A DNA stretch of 63,256 nt, taken from contig JBOGDF010000001.1 in NCBI GenBank assembly GCA_050701635.1, forward strand, positions 1 to 63,256, in the 5' to 3' direction. Position numbers and translations under genes: made by a program. The stretch comes from Micromonosporaceae bacterium. Its GTDB lineage: Bacteria; Actinomycetota; Actinomycetes; Mycobacteriales; Micromonosporaceae. Under the pieces are notes generated by a model, which did no database searches, was not told where the DNA came from, and was given only the letters and a program-made list of their open reading frames with translations. This document shows positions 53,016 through 62,857 of this stretch, in pieces (positions within the stretch are counted from its first letter, which is position 1; each line of letters starts with the position of its first letter).

Positions 53016-54328
53016 CTGTCACACCCACCCATCACCGGGTCCAACGAGGCGCCGCCCGCGATCACGTCGGCGATCAGGCCACCCTCGGACAGCGCCGGCA
53101 GCGCCTGCAAGTTGATGAAGCTGGGCTCCCGCATGTGTACGCGGTAAGGCCGGGTCCCGCCGTCGGAGACCACGTGCAGCCCGAGCTCACCGCGCGGCGC
53201 CTCGATCGGCACGTACACCTGGCCGGCCGGCACCCGGAACCCCTCGGTGACCAGCTTGAAGTGGTGGATCAGGGCCTCCATCGACTGGCCCATGATCTTC
53301 TTGACGTGCTCCAGCGAGTTGCCCATGCCGTCGGTGCCGATCGCGAGCTGCGCCGGCCAGGCGATCTTCTTGTCGTCGACCATCGTCGGGCCGGGGCGCA
53401 GCCGGTCCAGCGCCTGTTCCACGATCCGCAGCGACTGCCGCATCTCGTTCAGCCGCACCTGGTAGCGCGCCCACACGTCGGCGCCGTTGTGGGTCACCAC
53501 GTCGAAGTCGTACGTCTCGTAGCCGCAGTACGGCATCGTCTTGCGCAGGTCCCACCCGAGTCCGGCACTCCGCAGCACCGGCCCCGTCACGCCGAGCGCG
53601 AGGCAGCCGCTCACGTCGAGGTACGCCACGCCCTGCGTACGCTTCTGCCAGATCTGGTTACCGGACAGCAGATCCTCGTACGAGGCGATCCGCTTCGGCA
53701 TGAACCGCAGGAATTCCCGGATCCGCTCGACCGCCTCATCGGGGAGGTCCTGCGCCAACCCACCCGGCCGGATGTACGCCATGTTCAGCCGCAGCCCGGA
53801 CGCCAGCTCGAAGATGTCGAGGATGTACTCCCGCTCCCGGAAGCCGTAGATCATCATCGACAGCGCGCCCAGCTCCATGCCGGTGGTGGCCAGCCACACC
53901 AGGTGCGAGGAGATCCGGTTCAGCTCCATCATCAGCACCCGGATGGTGTTGGCGCGCTCCGGCACCTCGATGCCGAGCAGCTTCTCCACCGCCAGGCAGT
54001 AAGCCGTCTCGTTGAAGATCGGCGCGAGGTAGTCGGCCCGGGTGACGAACGTGGTGCCCTGCGTCCAGTTGCGGTACTCGGTGTTCTTCTCGATGCCGGT
54101 GTGCAGGTAGCCGATCACCGCGCGGGTCTCGGTGACGGTCTCGCCCTCCATCTCCAGCACCAGTCGCAGTACGCCGTGCGTCGACGGGTGCTGCGGGCCC
54201 ATGTTGACCACGAGCTTCTCTTCGGCGATCGGGTCACCACCGGCGACCACGGTGTCCCAGTCGCCACCGGTGACGTTGTAGATCCGCCCCTCGGTGGTCT
54301 CCCGAGACTGCGCATACGCGTCGGTCAC
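53012..54328 (-). CDS. nuoD: NADH-quinone oxidoreductase subunit D
   Basis: It has the block [17 protein letters not shown] 54328 overlaps the nuoC stop (GTGA). Confidence 0.9.
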   Translation of the reverse strand: MTDAYAQSRETTEGRIYNVTGGDWDTVVAGGDPIAEEKLVVNMGPQHPSTHGVLRLVLEMEGETVTETRAVIGYLHTGIEKNTEYRNWTQGTTFVTRADYLAPIFNETAYCLAVEKLLGIEVPERANTIRVLMMELNRISSHLVWLATTGMELGALSMMIYGFREREYILDIFELASGLRLNMAYIRPGGLAQDLPDEAVERIREFLRFMPKRIASYEDLLSGNQIWQKRTQGVAYLDVSGCLALGVTGPVLRSAGLGWDLRKTMPYCGYETYDFDVVTHNGADVWARYQVRLNEMRQSLRIVEQALDRLRPGPTMVDDKKIAWPAQLAIGTDGMGNSLEHVKKIMGQSMEALIHHFKLVTEGFRVPAGQVYVPIEAPRGELGLHVVSDGGTRPYRVHMREPSFINLQALPALSEGGLIADVIAGGASLDPVMGGCDR

Positions 54329-55050
54329 TTGTACGCCCTCCGCTCGTCCGGTGGCGGGATCTCCGCGCCCTTGTACTCGACCGGTACGCCACCCAGCGGA
54401 TAGTCCTTGCGCTGCGGGTAGCCCTCCCAGTCGTCGGGCATCAGGATCCGGGTCAGGTTCGGGTGACCGTCGAAGACCACGCCGAACATGTCGTACGTCT
54501 CCCGCTCCTGCCAGTCGGCGGTCGGGTAGACGCTGGTCACGCTCGGCAGGTGCGGATCCTCGGCGGTGACCGCCGCCTCGAGCCGGATCCGCCGCCGGTA
54601 CGTCAGCGACGTCAGGTGGTAACACACGTGCAACCGGCGGGCGTCGCCGTTGTCGAGATAGTCCACACCGGACACCGACGAGCACAGCTCGAAGCGCAGC
54701 GACTCGTCATCGCGCATCACGCGGCAGACGTCGAGGATCCGCTCGGGCTTCACGTACAGGGTCAGCTCGCCCCGGTCCACGACGACCTTCTCGATCGCCT
54801 CGGCGTCGAAACCAGCGTCGGTGAGGCCGTCCCGCAGCCCGTCGACCACCTCGTCGAAGTAACCACCGTACGGCGGCTCGGTGCCGGCGATGACCGCACG
54901 GCGGCGTACCAGCCGACCAAAGCCCGAGGTGTCACCGGAGCCGGAGACGCCGAACATGCCTTTACCGGCCGGGGTGCTGGTGGGCGCCACCTCGGCGACC
55001 ACTTCCTGACTCTCGATCGCGTCGGTCTGGGGGATGTCTTCGCTGGTCAC
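54325..55050 (-). CDS. nuoC: NADH-quinone oxidoreductase subunit C
   Basis: It has the block [23 protein letters not shown] 55050 overlaps the nuoB stop (GTGA). Confidence 0.85.
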   Translation of the reverse strand: MTSEDIPQTDAIESQEVVAEVAPTSTPAGKGMFGVSGSGDTSGFGRLVRRRAVIAGTEPPYGGYFDEVVDGLRDGLTDAGFDAEAIEKVVVDRGELTLYVKPERILDVCRVMRDDESLRFELCSSVSGVDYLDNGDARRLHVCYHLTSLTYRRRIRLEAAVTAEDPHLPSVTSVYPTADWQERETYDMFGVVFDGHPNLTRILMPDDWEGYPQRKDYPLGGVPVEYKGAEIPPPDERRAYK

Positions 55051-55688
55051 CGGCGGTGCGCCCCCTCTTCCATCCACTTGGCGATGCGCAGCTGCTCCTG
55101 GGTGCCGGCGGCCTCGGCCTCGGTCCACTCGCGACGCTTCGCCTTGTTGTAGCGGTAGCTGGACGGGACGGTGCCGACCCGTGCCGCGCCGGACTCCTCG
55201 AGCTGCTTGCGGCGGCGCTCACCCAGCGGCTCGGCCATGATCTTGTCGTGCAGCTTGAGGATCGCGTCGATCAGCATCTCGGGCCGGGGCGGGCAGCCGG
55301 GCAGGTACATGTCGACCGGCACGATGTGGTCGACGCCTTGCACGATCGCGTAGTTGTTGAACATCCCGCCGCTCGACGCGCAGACGCCCATGCTCAGCAC
55401 CCACTTGGGTTCGGGCATCTGGTCGTAGATCTGCCGCAGCACCGGGCCCATCTTCTGGCTCACCCGGCCGGCGACGATCATCAGGTCGGCCTGCCGGGGC
55501 GAGGCCCGGAACACCTCCATGCCGAACCGGGCCAGGTCGTACCGGGCGGCGCCGGTGGCCATCATCTCGATCGCGCAGCACGCCAGACCGAAGGTGGCCG
55601 GCCACAGGGAGGCCTTGCGGGTCCAGTTGACCAGCTTCTCCACGGACGTCAGCAGTACGCCGCTCGGGACCTTCTCTTCGATACCCAT
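55047..55688 (-). CDS. nuoB: NADH-quinone oxidoreductase subunit B
   Basis: It has [18 protein letters not shown] and [11 protein letters not shown] 55688 is preferred over TTG 55694. Confidence 0.9.
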   Translation of the reverse strand: MGIEEKVPSGVLLTSVEKLVNWTRKASLWPATFGLACCAIEMMATGAARYDLARFGMEVFRASPRQADLMIVAGRVSQKMGPVLRQIYDQMPEPKWVLSMGVCASSGGMFNNYAIVQGVDHIVPVDMYLPGCPPRPEMLIDAILKLHDKIMAEPLGERRRKQLEESGAARVGTVPSSYRYNKAKRREWTEAEAAGTQEQLRIAKWMEEGAHRR

Positions 55689-55710
55689 GATCAATACGCC
55701 CCAAGCTCCA

Positions 55711-56082
55711 TTAATCCCAGTCCAACCCGCCGCGCTTCCACACGTACGCGTACGCGATGAAGACGGTGCCGATGAACAGGACCATCTCTACGAACCCGAA
55801 GACGCCGAGCGAGTCGTACGCCACCGCCCACGGGTACAGGAAGATGATCTCGATGTCGAAGACGATGAAGAGCATCGCGGTCAGGTAGAACTTGATCGGG
55901 AACCGCGTGCCGCTGCTGCCGCCGCCTTGCGGGGTCGGCTCGATGCCGCACTCGTACGCGTCGAGTTTGGCCTTGTTATAGCGGCGCGGACCGACCAGCG
56001 GTGCGATCGCCACCGAGAACAGCGCAAAGCCGAAGGCCAGCGCGAACATCCCGACGATCGGTAGGTACGGCGAGAGCGACAT
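55711..56082 (-). CDS. nuoA: NADH-quinone oxidoreductase subunit A
   Basis: 123 aa with YECG and [15 protein letters not shown]. Confidence 0.9.
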   Translation of the reverse strand: MSLSPYLPIVGMFALAFGFALFSVAIAPLVGPRRYNKAKLDAYECGIEPTPQGGGSSGTRFPIKFYLTAMLFIVFDIEIIFLYPWAVAYDSLGVFGFVEMVLFIGTVFIAYAYVWKRGGLDWD

Positions 56083-56205
56083 CGCTTCTGCCTCCCGTCC
56101 TCTCCTGCTCTCATCTCGTGGCGAAATCGGCCGAACTGATCACCAGAGCCGATCCACCCTATTGCCCTGCGATGCCGCGCCGGTGCGCGGCCCCCCGAGC
56201 GAACC

Positions 56206-57513
56206 TCACACCGCGGGTGCCGCTTTGACCAGCGCATTGATCACGCGGTCGGCCGCGTCACCGCCCCGCGGGTCGGTGAGGTTGGCCAGCAGCTTCAGTA
56301 CGAATTTCATCAGCACCGGGTGCGGCAGCCCGTGCCGGGTGCAGACCTTCATCACGTGCGGATTGCCGATCAGCTTCACGAACCAGCCGCCGAGCCGGTA
56401 GTAGCCGCCGTACCGGGCTTTCAGCTCGCTGCGGTAATGCAGCAACGTACGTTCCCGCAGCGGGCCGGCGGGGCGGGCGAGCGCCTGCACCGCGATCTCC
56501 GCGGCCAGCTCGCCGCTCTCCATGGCGTACGCGATGCCCTCGCCGTTGAACGGGTTGACCATGCCGCCGGAGTCCCCGACCAGCATCACTCCGCGGGTGT
56601 AGTGCGGCACCCGGTTGAACCCCATCGGCAGCGCCGCGCCGAGGATCTTGCCGTCGGCGGTGGACTCGTTCAGCTCCCAGTCGTCCGGGGTGCCGGCCAT
56701 CCACTCGGTGAGCATCTTGCGGTAGTCGGCCTTGCCGAAAGAAACACTGCTGTTGAGTACGCCGAGCCCCACGTTGACCCGCCCGTCGCCGAGCCCGAAG
56801 ATCCAGCCGTACCCGGGGAGCAGGTTGTCCTCACCGCCGGCGCCGGGTTCACCACGCAGCTCCAGCCAGGACTCCAGGAAGTCGTCGTCGTGGCGCGGGC
56901 TGCGGTAGTAGCGGCGTACCGCGACGCCGATCGGCCGGTCCTCCCGCTTGGTGATGCCGAGGCTGAGCGGGAACCGCCCCGACACCCCGTCACACGCCAG
57001 CACCAGCGGGGCGCGGTACTCCACCGGCTCCTTGTCCGGGCCGACCGTCGCGGTCACCCCAACCACCCGGCCCGCCGTGCTGAGTACGGGGCCGGTGACC
57101 GTGGTCGAGGTCTGCAGCTTCGCGCCGGCGTGCTGGGCGCGGCGTACCAGGATGTCGTCGAAGTCCATCCGGGTACGGGTCAGCCCGTAGTCCGGGAAGC
57201 TCGCCAGCTCGGGCCAGTCCAGCTCCATCCGGATGCCGCCGCCGATGACGCGCAACCCCCGGTTCGGCATCCAGCCGTCGCCGGTGGTCTCCACGCCCAT
57301 CTTGATCAGCTGCTTCACCGCCCGCGGGGTCAGCCCGTCGCCACACACCTTCTCGCGCGGAAACTCGGTCTTCTCCAGCAGCAGTACGTCCAGCCCGTGC
57401 CGCGCGAGGTGGTACGCCGCCGCCGACCCGCCCGGCCCCGCGCCGACGACGATCACGTCCGCGCTGTCCGCCGTGTCGCCGGATCGCGTCACCCCGGTGG
57501 TCTGGTCACTCAC
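56206..57513 (-). CDS. Geranylgeranyl reductase-family flavoprotein (MenJ-like menaquinone reductase candidate)
   Basis: FAD fold motif VIVVGAGPGGSAAAYHLA. GTG 57513 lies 5 nt after GGAGGGG and is preferred over GTG 57537, which abuts the repeats with no RBS. Confidence 0.85.
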   Translation of the reverse strand: MSDQTTGVTRSGDTADSADVIVVGAGPGGSAAAYHLARHGLDVLLLEKTEFPREKVCGDGLTPRAVKQLIKMGVETTGDGWMPNRGLRVIGGGIRMELDWPELASFPDYGLTRTRMDFDDILVRRAQHAGAKLQTSTTVTGPVLSTAGRVVGVTATVGPDKEPVEYRAPLVLACDGVSGRFPLSLGITKREDRPIGVAVRRYYRSPRHDDDFLESWLELRGEPGAGGEDNLLPGYGWIFGLGDGRVNVGLGVLNSSVSFGKADYRKMLTEWMAGTPDDWELNESTADGKILGAALPMGFNRVPHYTRGVMLVGDSGGMVNPFNGEGIAYAMESGELAAEIAVQALARPAGPLRERTLLHYRSELKARYGGYYRLGGWFVKLIGNPHVMKVCTRHGLPHPVLMKFVLKLLANLTDPRGGDAADRVINALVKAAPAV

Positions 57514-57537
57514 GGTGGCCCCTCCGCTCGTACCCAC

Positions 57538-57574
57538 GTTCCGGTCGCTGGTTCCGGTCGCTCGTTCGGTCGCT
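57538..57574. repeat. Triple direct repeat with a 13-nt period (GTTCCGGTCGCT x2 and GTTCGGTCGCT)
   Basis: Read directly: copies at 57538-57549, 57551-57562 and 57564-57574. It lies between the Rex-like box and the reductase gene. Confidence 0.8.
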
Positions 57575-57591
57575 TGTGAAGACTTTCACTA
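57574..57591. promoter_or_regulatory. Rex operator-like site TTGTGAAGACTTTCACTA
   Basis: It matches the remembered actinomycete Rex consensus TTGTGAA-N4-TTCACAA at 13 of 14 specified positions. It lies 61 nt upstream of GTG 57513. Confidence 0.5.
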
Positions 57592-57945
57592 GCCCCGCCG
57601 TGCAGTCTAGGGGGAGCCACTGGCCCGCCCCCGACTTAGGCGACCCTAACGACGTGGGTACGCCGGGCGGCCGGCCCCCGTACCGGCAGTGCCGCCGTCA
57701 CGAACCAGGACACTCCCGCCCAGACGCTATAGCCGCAGCCGGTACGACGCAGCCCGGCCCGCCGCCACGATCCTGCCCGTCCGGCGGATCGACCTCCCAT
57801 ACGTCGAAGCCTCTGCTACAAACCCACCGGGGTGCGATGTGGCGCACGACCGGATCCGGCGGGTGTTGACGTCACTGGTGGACGGCCGATGGGAGTCCAG
57901 CCGTGGGGCCGCGGTCGGGCGTGCGACGGTGCCGCCGAACCGGCC

Positions 57946-58635
57946 TTAGTTGGTACGGGTGGCGCGGTGCAGCGCGACGATGCCGCCGGTGAGGTTGCGC
58001 CAGCCGACCCGGGTCCAGCCGTTGCCGGCGACCCGGGCGGCGAGCCCCGGCTGATCCGGCCAGGCCGGGATCGACTCGGCGAGGTAGACGTACGCGTCGG
58101 GGTTGCTGGACACCGCCCGGGCCACCGCCGGCAGCCCCGCCATCAGGTAACCCAGGTACGCCTCCCGGAACGGTGCCCAGGTCGGGTGGCTGAACTCGCA
58201 CACCACGAGCCGGCCGCCGGGCTTCGTCACCCGCGCCATCTCGCGCAGCGCCGCGTCGGCGTCGACGATGTTGCGCAGCGCGAAGGAGATGGTGACCGCG
58301 TCGAAGCTGGCGTCGGCGAACGGCAGCCGCAGCGCGTCCGCGCCGAGCAGCGGCACCTCGCGGTGCGCCCCGGCGGCGAGCATCCCGAGCGAGAGATCCG
58401 CGCCGACCACCCAGGCACCCGAGCGGGACAGCTCCTCAGTGGACACCCCAGTGCCGGCGCCCAGATCCAGGCACCGCTCGCCGGGACGCAGCGAGAGCGC
58501 GTCGGCGGTGGCGCGGCGCCACCGCCGGTCCTGCCCGAACGAGAGCACGGTGTTGGTCAGGTCGTACCGCTGGGCCACCCCGTCGAACATGGCGGCGACC
58601 TCGTGCGGCTGCTTGTCCAGAGATGCGCGGGTCAC
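57946..58635 (-). CDS. menG: Demethylmenaquinone methyltransferase (UbiE/MenG)
   Basis: It has [16 protein letters not shown], the SAM motif LDLGAGTG and FALRN. The start is at VTRASLDK (GTG 58635). Confidence 0.85.
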   Translation of the reverse strand: MTRASLDKQPHEVAAMFDGVAQRYDLTNTVLSFGQDRRWRRATADALSLRPGERCLDLGAGTGVSTEELSRSGAWVVGADLSLGMLAAGAHREVPLLGADALRLPFADASFDAVTISFALRNIVDADAALREMARVTKPGGRLVVCEFSHPTWAPFREAYLGYLMAGLPAVARAVSSNPDAYVYLAESIPAWPDQPGLAARVAGNGWTRVGWRNLTGGIVALHRATRTN

Positions 58636-58738
58636 GCCGTACCACTCTGCCAGCCGTACGCCGGCGCCCGACCGGCAGGTCACCACGACGAAGGGCGGCG
58701 GGTGTCGAGCCCGCCGCCCTTCAGGTCACTTCACAAAA

Positions 58739-60277
58739 TCAGGACTCGGTGGTACGCCGCCGCCGCGCCAGCGCGTACAGCACGACGCCGAGGAGCACCG
58801 CGGCGGTGCCGCCGCCGATCACGCCGGTGAGGCTGGCGCCGGTGACCGGCAGGCCGCCGCCACCGCCGCCGGTGCCGATCGACACCGCGATCTCGGCCAT
58901 GTTGTTGCCGGGCACCCGGTCGGGGATCTTGTGGGTGGCGATCCGTACCCACCCGTTGTCCAGGTTCTTCGACGTGATCGTGAGTAGCAGGTCCTGCTTG
59001 GCGGTCTTGCCGGAGTCGAGCATGTTGCCGGTGTGACAGGTCAGCGTGGTGGCTGCCTTGTCGTACGAGCAGGCCCGCGGCACCTGGGCGAGCGTGGTGC
59101 CGCTGGGCAGCGCGATGGTGGCGAGGAAGCCGTTAGCGTCGGCCGGGCCGTTGTTCTTCACCGTTACGGTGACCTTGACGGTGTCGCCGACCTGGCCGGA
59201 CGCGGCCGGTACGGAGACCGCGAGCTCGGTCGGGTTCGCCTTGGTCAGTACGCCGAACGTGGCACTGTTGTCGTCGCCGTCCACCTCCGGGGCACTGCGG
59301 GTGCCGGAGTCGGCGGCCATCATCGTGGCCCCGCTGCCCTCTACCGGCTGCGGCTCCACCTCACCCAGCGCCGCCGACACGAACTCGCCCCGTCCGAGAC
59401 TGATCGGACCCGGCGCGTCGCCAGCCACCTTCACGTGCAGCGGCCGTACGCCCGGGCTGTTCCAGAGGATGATCTCGCCCGGCTGCAGCACCACGTTCTC
59501 CGCGGTGCACACCAGCTCGCGCCGGTTCTTGCTGGTGGTGCAGTCCGAGTACGACTCCGCGAACGTGGCGTACGCCGGCAGCGAGAACTTCAGCGTGATG
59601 CCCTTCGCGGCGGTGTCGCCGAAGTTGCCGAACGCCCATTTCAGCTGCGCCGACTGGCCGGGCTTCACCGGGCCGACGTCGTCCGCGGCGGCCACCAGGT
59701 CCACCGCCGAGTCGACGATCTGGATCGCCACGGTGTCGGCGTTGTTGTCGGTGTCGGGGTCGCTCTGCTGCTTCGCCTCTACGCTGGCCTTCGCGGTCCC
59801 GGCCGGCCCCGGCTCGGCGCCGCCCTTCGGCTTGATCTTGAACGCGGTGATCCGGGTGGCGCCGGCCTTGATCTCGGCGTACCCACAGGTAATGGTCTTT
59901 CCGGACCGCTCGCAGGCGGCGTCTTCGTGCACCCCGAGCTCCACGTTGTCGCCGAGCTGCGACAGGTCCAGAGTCAGCGTTACGTCGGTGGCGGCGTCCG
60001 GCCCGTTGTTGAGTACGTCGACCCGCATCACCTTGCCGGTCGAGTCGACCGCGACCTTGTCGGTGGCGATGCGTACCGCCAGGTCGGTGGTGGCCCGCGT
60101 CGGAGTGGTCGGCTCCGGGCGGGTGTGCGGTTCGCCGCTCTGCGACGGCGCCGGCGATGCGGTGCCGGACGGCAGCGGGCTCGGTGTCTCCTCGGCGTAC
60201 GCCGGCGCGGACAGCAGCGCCAATCCGGCGGCGATGCAGGGCACGGCTATCCGGGCCCAGGTACGGTGCGGCCTCAT
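58739..60277 (-). CDS. Sortase-anchored surface protein with DUF11-like repeats
   Basis: It has a signal peptide and two or more N(N/G)GPD(A)A... repeat domains. The C-terminus has LPVTG, a hydrophobic helix and RRRR. Confidence 0.8.
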   Translation of the reverse strand: MRPHRTWARIAVPCIAAGLALLSAPAYAEETPSPLPSGTASPAPSQSGEPHTRPEPTTPTRATTDLAVRIATDKVAVDSTGKVMRVDVLNNGPDAATDVTLTLDLSQLGDNVELGVHEDAACERSGKTITCGYAEIKAGATRITAFKIKPKGGAEPGPAGTAKASVEAKQQSDPDTDNNADTVAIQIVDSAVDLVAAADDVGPVKPGQSAQLKWAFGNFGDTAAKGITLKFSLPAYATFAESYSDCTTSKNRRELVCTAENVVLQPGEIILWNSPGVRPLHVKVAGDAPGPISLGRGEFVSAALGEVEPQPVEGSGATMMAADSGTRSAPEVDGDDNSATFGVLTKANPTELAVSVPAASGQVGDTVKVTVTVKNNGPADANGFLATIALPSGTTLAQVPRACSYDKAATTLTCHTGNMLDSGKTAKQDLLLTITSKNLDNGWVRIATHKIPDRVPGNNMAEIAVSIGTGGGGGGLPVTGASLTGVIGGGTAAVLLGVVLYALARRRRTTES

Positions 60278-60376
60278 CTATCCCCCGTGTGCAGTTGGTG
60301 TGGTGGCGATATCGCCGCCGCGCAGCGTACGAACGCCACGCAACCCCGGCTTCCGTCTTACCGGGAGTTGCGGGCA

Positions 60377-60808
60377 TCAGAGGACGAGCAGGTTGGCCTC
60401 GGTCGCTCCGGGTACGACGTCGAGCGGCACCGACCGATCGAACGTCACGAACCGCCCACCACACCTCGTAGCCAGCGCGAGCAGGTAGGCATCGGTTACC
60501 TGTCGAGCCCCGTGGAGCCGCGAGCGATCCACGGCCGTCTCGTCAACCAGACTCACCGCACAAGACCAGAATTCGTGGTGCCGGGTGCCGGTCGCGCGGG
60601 CCAGCCGATCCATCGCCTGACTGGGCGATACCGGACTCGGGTATCGCGGCTGGCTGATGATCCGCACGAAGCCATTCTGTGTGATCGCACACGAGGCCCA
60701 ACCGTGACTGATCTCAGCACCGACCCAGTCACGCGCACGCTCGTGGTCAACGTGATCGCTGTCGAGCAGCGCCAGCAGGACATTGACATCCAGCAGGGCA
60801 CGCATCAC
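60377..60808 (-). CDS. vapC: PIN-domain toxin VapC
   Basis: It has ALLDVNVLLAL, AITQNGF and VTDAYLLALA. It overlaps the vapB stop. Confidence 0.85.
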   Translation of the reverse strand: MMRALLDVNVLLALLDSDHVDHERARDWVGAEISHGWASCAITQNGFVRIISQPRYPSPVSPSQAMDRLARATGTRHHEFWSCAVSLVDETAVDRSRLHGARQVTDAYLLALATRCGGRFVTFDRSVPLDVVPGATEANLLVL

Positions 60809-61041
60809 ACCGCTTCGTCCTCGCGAAGCCGGTCGATGAGCTCGTTCGAGATGGCATCGCCCCGGTGCGGGAACGGCTCGAATCCATGGAGGTCTGACGT
60901 ACCCCCGGATGGGGTGTGCTGGTGTGTGAGGGCCTGTCGCGCGAGGTCCGACAAGACCTCACCCACGGAGCGCTTTTCCCGGCGAGCGCGTTCCTTCACC
61001 GCCAGCAGGACGTCGTCGTCGAGAGACACCGTGGTGCGCAT
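60805..61041 (-). CDS. vapB: VapB-type antitoxin
   Basis: The N-terminus is MRTTVSLDDDVLLAVKERARREKRSVGEVLSDLARQAL. The 78-aa gene lies immediately upstream of vapC. Confidence 0.8.
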   Translation of the reverse strand: MRTTVSLDDDVLLAVKERARREKRSVGEVLSDLARQALTHQHTPSGGTSDLHGFEPFPHRGDAISNELIDRLREDEAV

Positions 61042-61067
61042 GCATCTGATGCTAGCGCATCACACGG

Positions 61068-62270
61068 CTAGTTGGCGTCGAGGAGTTTCAGCTCGGGGTG
61101 GGCGCGACCGCCGTCGGGGAGCGCGATCGAGGAGTAGTGCGAGACCACCTGCTCCACCTCGGCCTCGCTCGGGTCGTCGTCCGGGGTCCAGTGCACGCGG
61201 AGGTGCTCGTAGAGGGTGTTGCGCTGGGCCGGGATCCGGTCGGCGGAGCGGATCATGGTGATCAGGCCGAGCAGGTTGGACTGGTGCTTGGCGCCGGCCG
61301 AGGAGATCACGTTTTCCTCGAGCATGATCGAGCCGAGGTCGTCCACGCCCATGTGCAGCGAGAGCTGACCGACGTCCTTGCCGGTGGTCAGCCAGCTCGA
61401 CTGCAGGTGCTTGACGTTGTCGAAGAACAGCCGGGCGACCGCGACCAGCCGCAGATACTCCAGGTTGGTCGCCTGGGTACGCCCCTTCAGGTGGTTGTTC
61501 TCCGGCTGGTACGTCCACGGGATGAACGACCGGAAGCCACCCGTACGGTCCTGCACGTCGCGGATCATCCGGATGTGCTCGATCCGCTCGGCGTTGGTCT
61601 CCCCCGTACCCATCATCATGGTGGCGGTGGACTCCAGGCGGTGCCGGTGCGCCACCTCCATGATCTCCAGCCAGCGCTCGCCGGACTCCTTCAGCGGCGC
61701 GATGGCGTGGCGCGGCCGGCGCGGCAGCATCTCGGCGCCGGCCCCGGCGATCGAGTCCAGCCCGGCGGCCTTGATCCGATCGATCGCCGCTTCGACGGTG
61801 GTCCCGGAGACCTTCGACATGTGCTCGATCTCCGACGCGCCCAGCGAGTGGATCGCCAGCTGCGGGAACGCCTGCTTGACCGCGGAGAACAGCGTCTCGT
61901 AGTACTCCACGCCGTAGTCGGGGTGGTGGCCGCCCTGCAGCATCACCTGGGTGGCGCCCAGCTTCACCGCCTCGTCGCAGCGGCGCAGGATCTCGTCGGT
62001 GTCGTGGGTCCAGCCCTCGGCGTGCTTCGGCGCCCGGTAGAACGCGCAGAACTTGCACGCGGTGACACACACGTTGGTGTAGTTGATGTTGCGGTCGATC
62101 AGGTAGGTGACGATGTTGTCCGGGTAGCGCCGGCGGCGTACCGCGTCGGCCGCCTCGCCCAGCGGGTGCAGCGGCGCGTCGGTGTAGAGCAGCAGCGCCT
62201 CCTCGGGGGTGATCCGACCCCCGTCGGCGGCTCGCTGCAGGATCTCGGCGGTGTCCCGGTTCTCCGTCAC
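61068..62270 (-). CDS. mqnC: Futalosine-pathway radical SAM enzyme (MqnC-like; MqnE not excluded)
   Basis: It has the CxxxCxxC motif in NVCVTACKFCAFY. From GTG 62270 it is 400 aa. The menaquinone gene neighbourhood resembles my memory of Streptomyces mqnC near nuo. Confidence 0.75.
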   Translation of the reverse strand: MTENRDTAEILQRAADGGRITPEEALLLYTDAPLHPLGEAADAVRRRRYPDNIVTYLIDRNINYTNVCVTACKFCAFYRAPKHAEGWTHDTDEILRRCDEAVKLGATQVMLQGGHHPDYGVEYYETLFSAVKQAFPQLAIHSLGASEIEHMSKVSGTTVEAAIDRIKAAGLDSIAGAGAEMLPRRPRHAIAPLKESGERWLEIMEVAHRHRLESTATMMMGTGETNAERIEHIRMIRDVQDRTGGFRSFIPWTYQPENNHLKGRTQATNLEYLRLVAVARLFFDNVKHLQSSWLTTGKDVGQLSLHMGVDDLGSIMLEENVISSAGAKHQSNLLGLITMIRSADRIPAQRNTLYEHLRVHWTPDDDPSEAEVEQVVSHYSSIALPDGGRAHPELKLLDAN

Positions 62271-62377
62271 GCTCCGAGCGTAAACGCAATCCGGGGGTAC
62301 GCGAACCGGGGCCGAGCGGGATGAGACCAAGGAAACCCTGCCTCACCCGGCTCGGAACCCCGGTACGGGCCGCGGTG

Positions 62378-62800
62378 TTACGACCGGTCGGTGCCGAGGC
62401 CCACGGCGAGCAGCGCGAGCCCGGCGACGAGGTGCAGGGCGTTGTCGGCACCGTTGAGCGCGATCAGGTCCATCGCGCCGCCGATGATCATCAGACCCAC
62501 CAACCCGACCACCACGTACACCGCCCCGACGGCGGCGTTCACCACCCGGGAGATCCGTACGCCGGCGATCGCGCCGCCGATCAGCGCCGCGCCCACCACG
62601 AGGTGTACGAGGTTGTGGAGCAGGTTGACTTCGAAGATGCCGAGCAGCAGCCCGCCTTCCTGACCCGCCGCGGGGTGTCCGCCGGACACCGCGAAGCCGA
62701 GCAGACCGACCAGCACGAACACCGCGCCCAGCACGCCACCGACCATCGGGTTGACGCGGCGGCCGGCGAAGATCCCGGCAGACGACGAATGCGTAGTCAT
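62378..62800 (-). CDS. DUF4383-like small membrane protein
   Basis: It has four TM helices and the repeated N.LH.V.G motif (NLLHNLVHLVVG, NALHLVAG). Confidence 0.7.
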   Translation of the reverse strand: MTTHSSSAGIFAGRRVNPMVGGVLGAVFVLVGLLGFAVSGGHPAAGQEGGLLLGIFEVNLLHNLVHLVVGAALIGGAIAGVRISRVVNAAVGAVYVVVGLVGLMIIGGAMDLIALNGADNALHLVAGLALLAVGLGTDRS

Positions 62801-62857
62801 TACTACCTCCCATGTGTCAACTGCGGGGAGTTCGGACCCGACGCCCTGCCGGATGGG

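Noticed and set aside
56083-56205. Looked for a Rex box or another palindrome directly upstream of nuoA.
   Set aside because: There is no TGTGAA/TTCACA half-site in the 123-bp gap. The only convincing Rex-like site is at 57574-57591.
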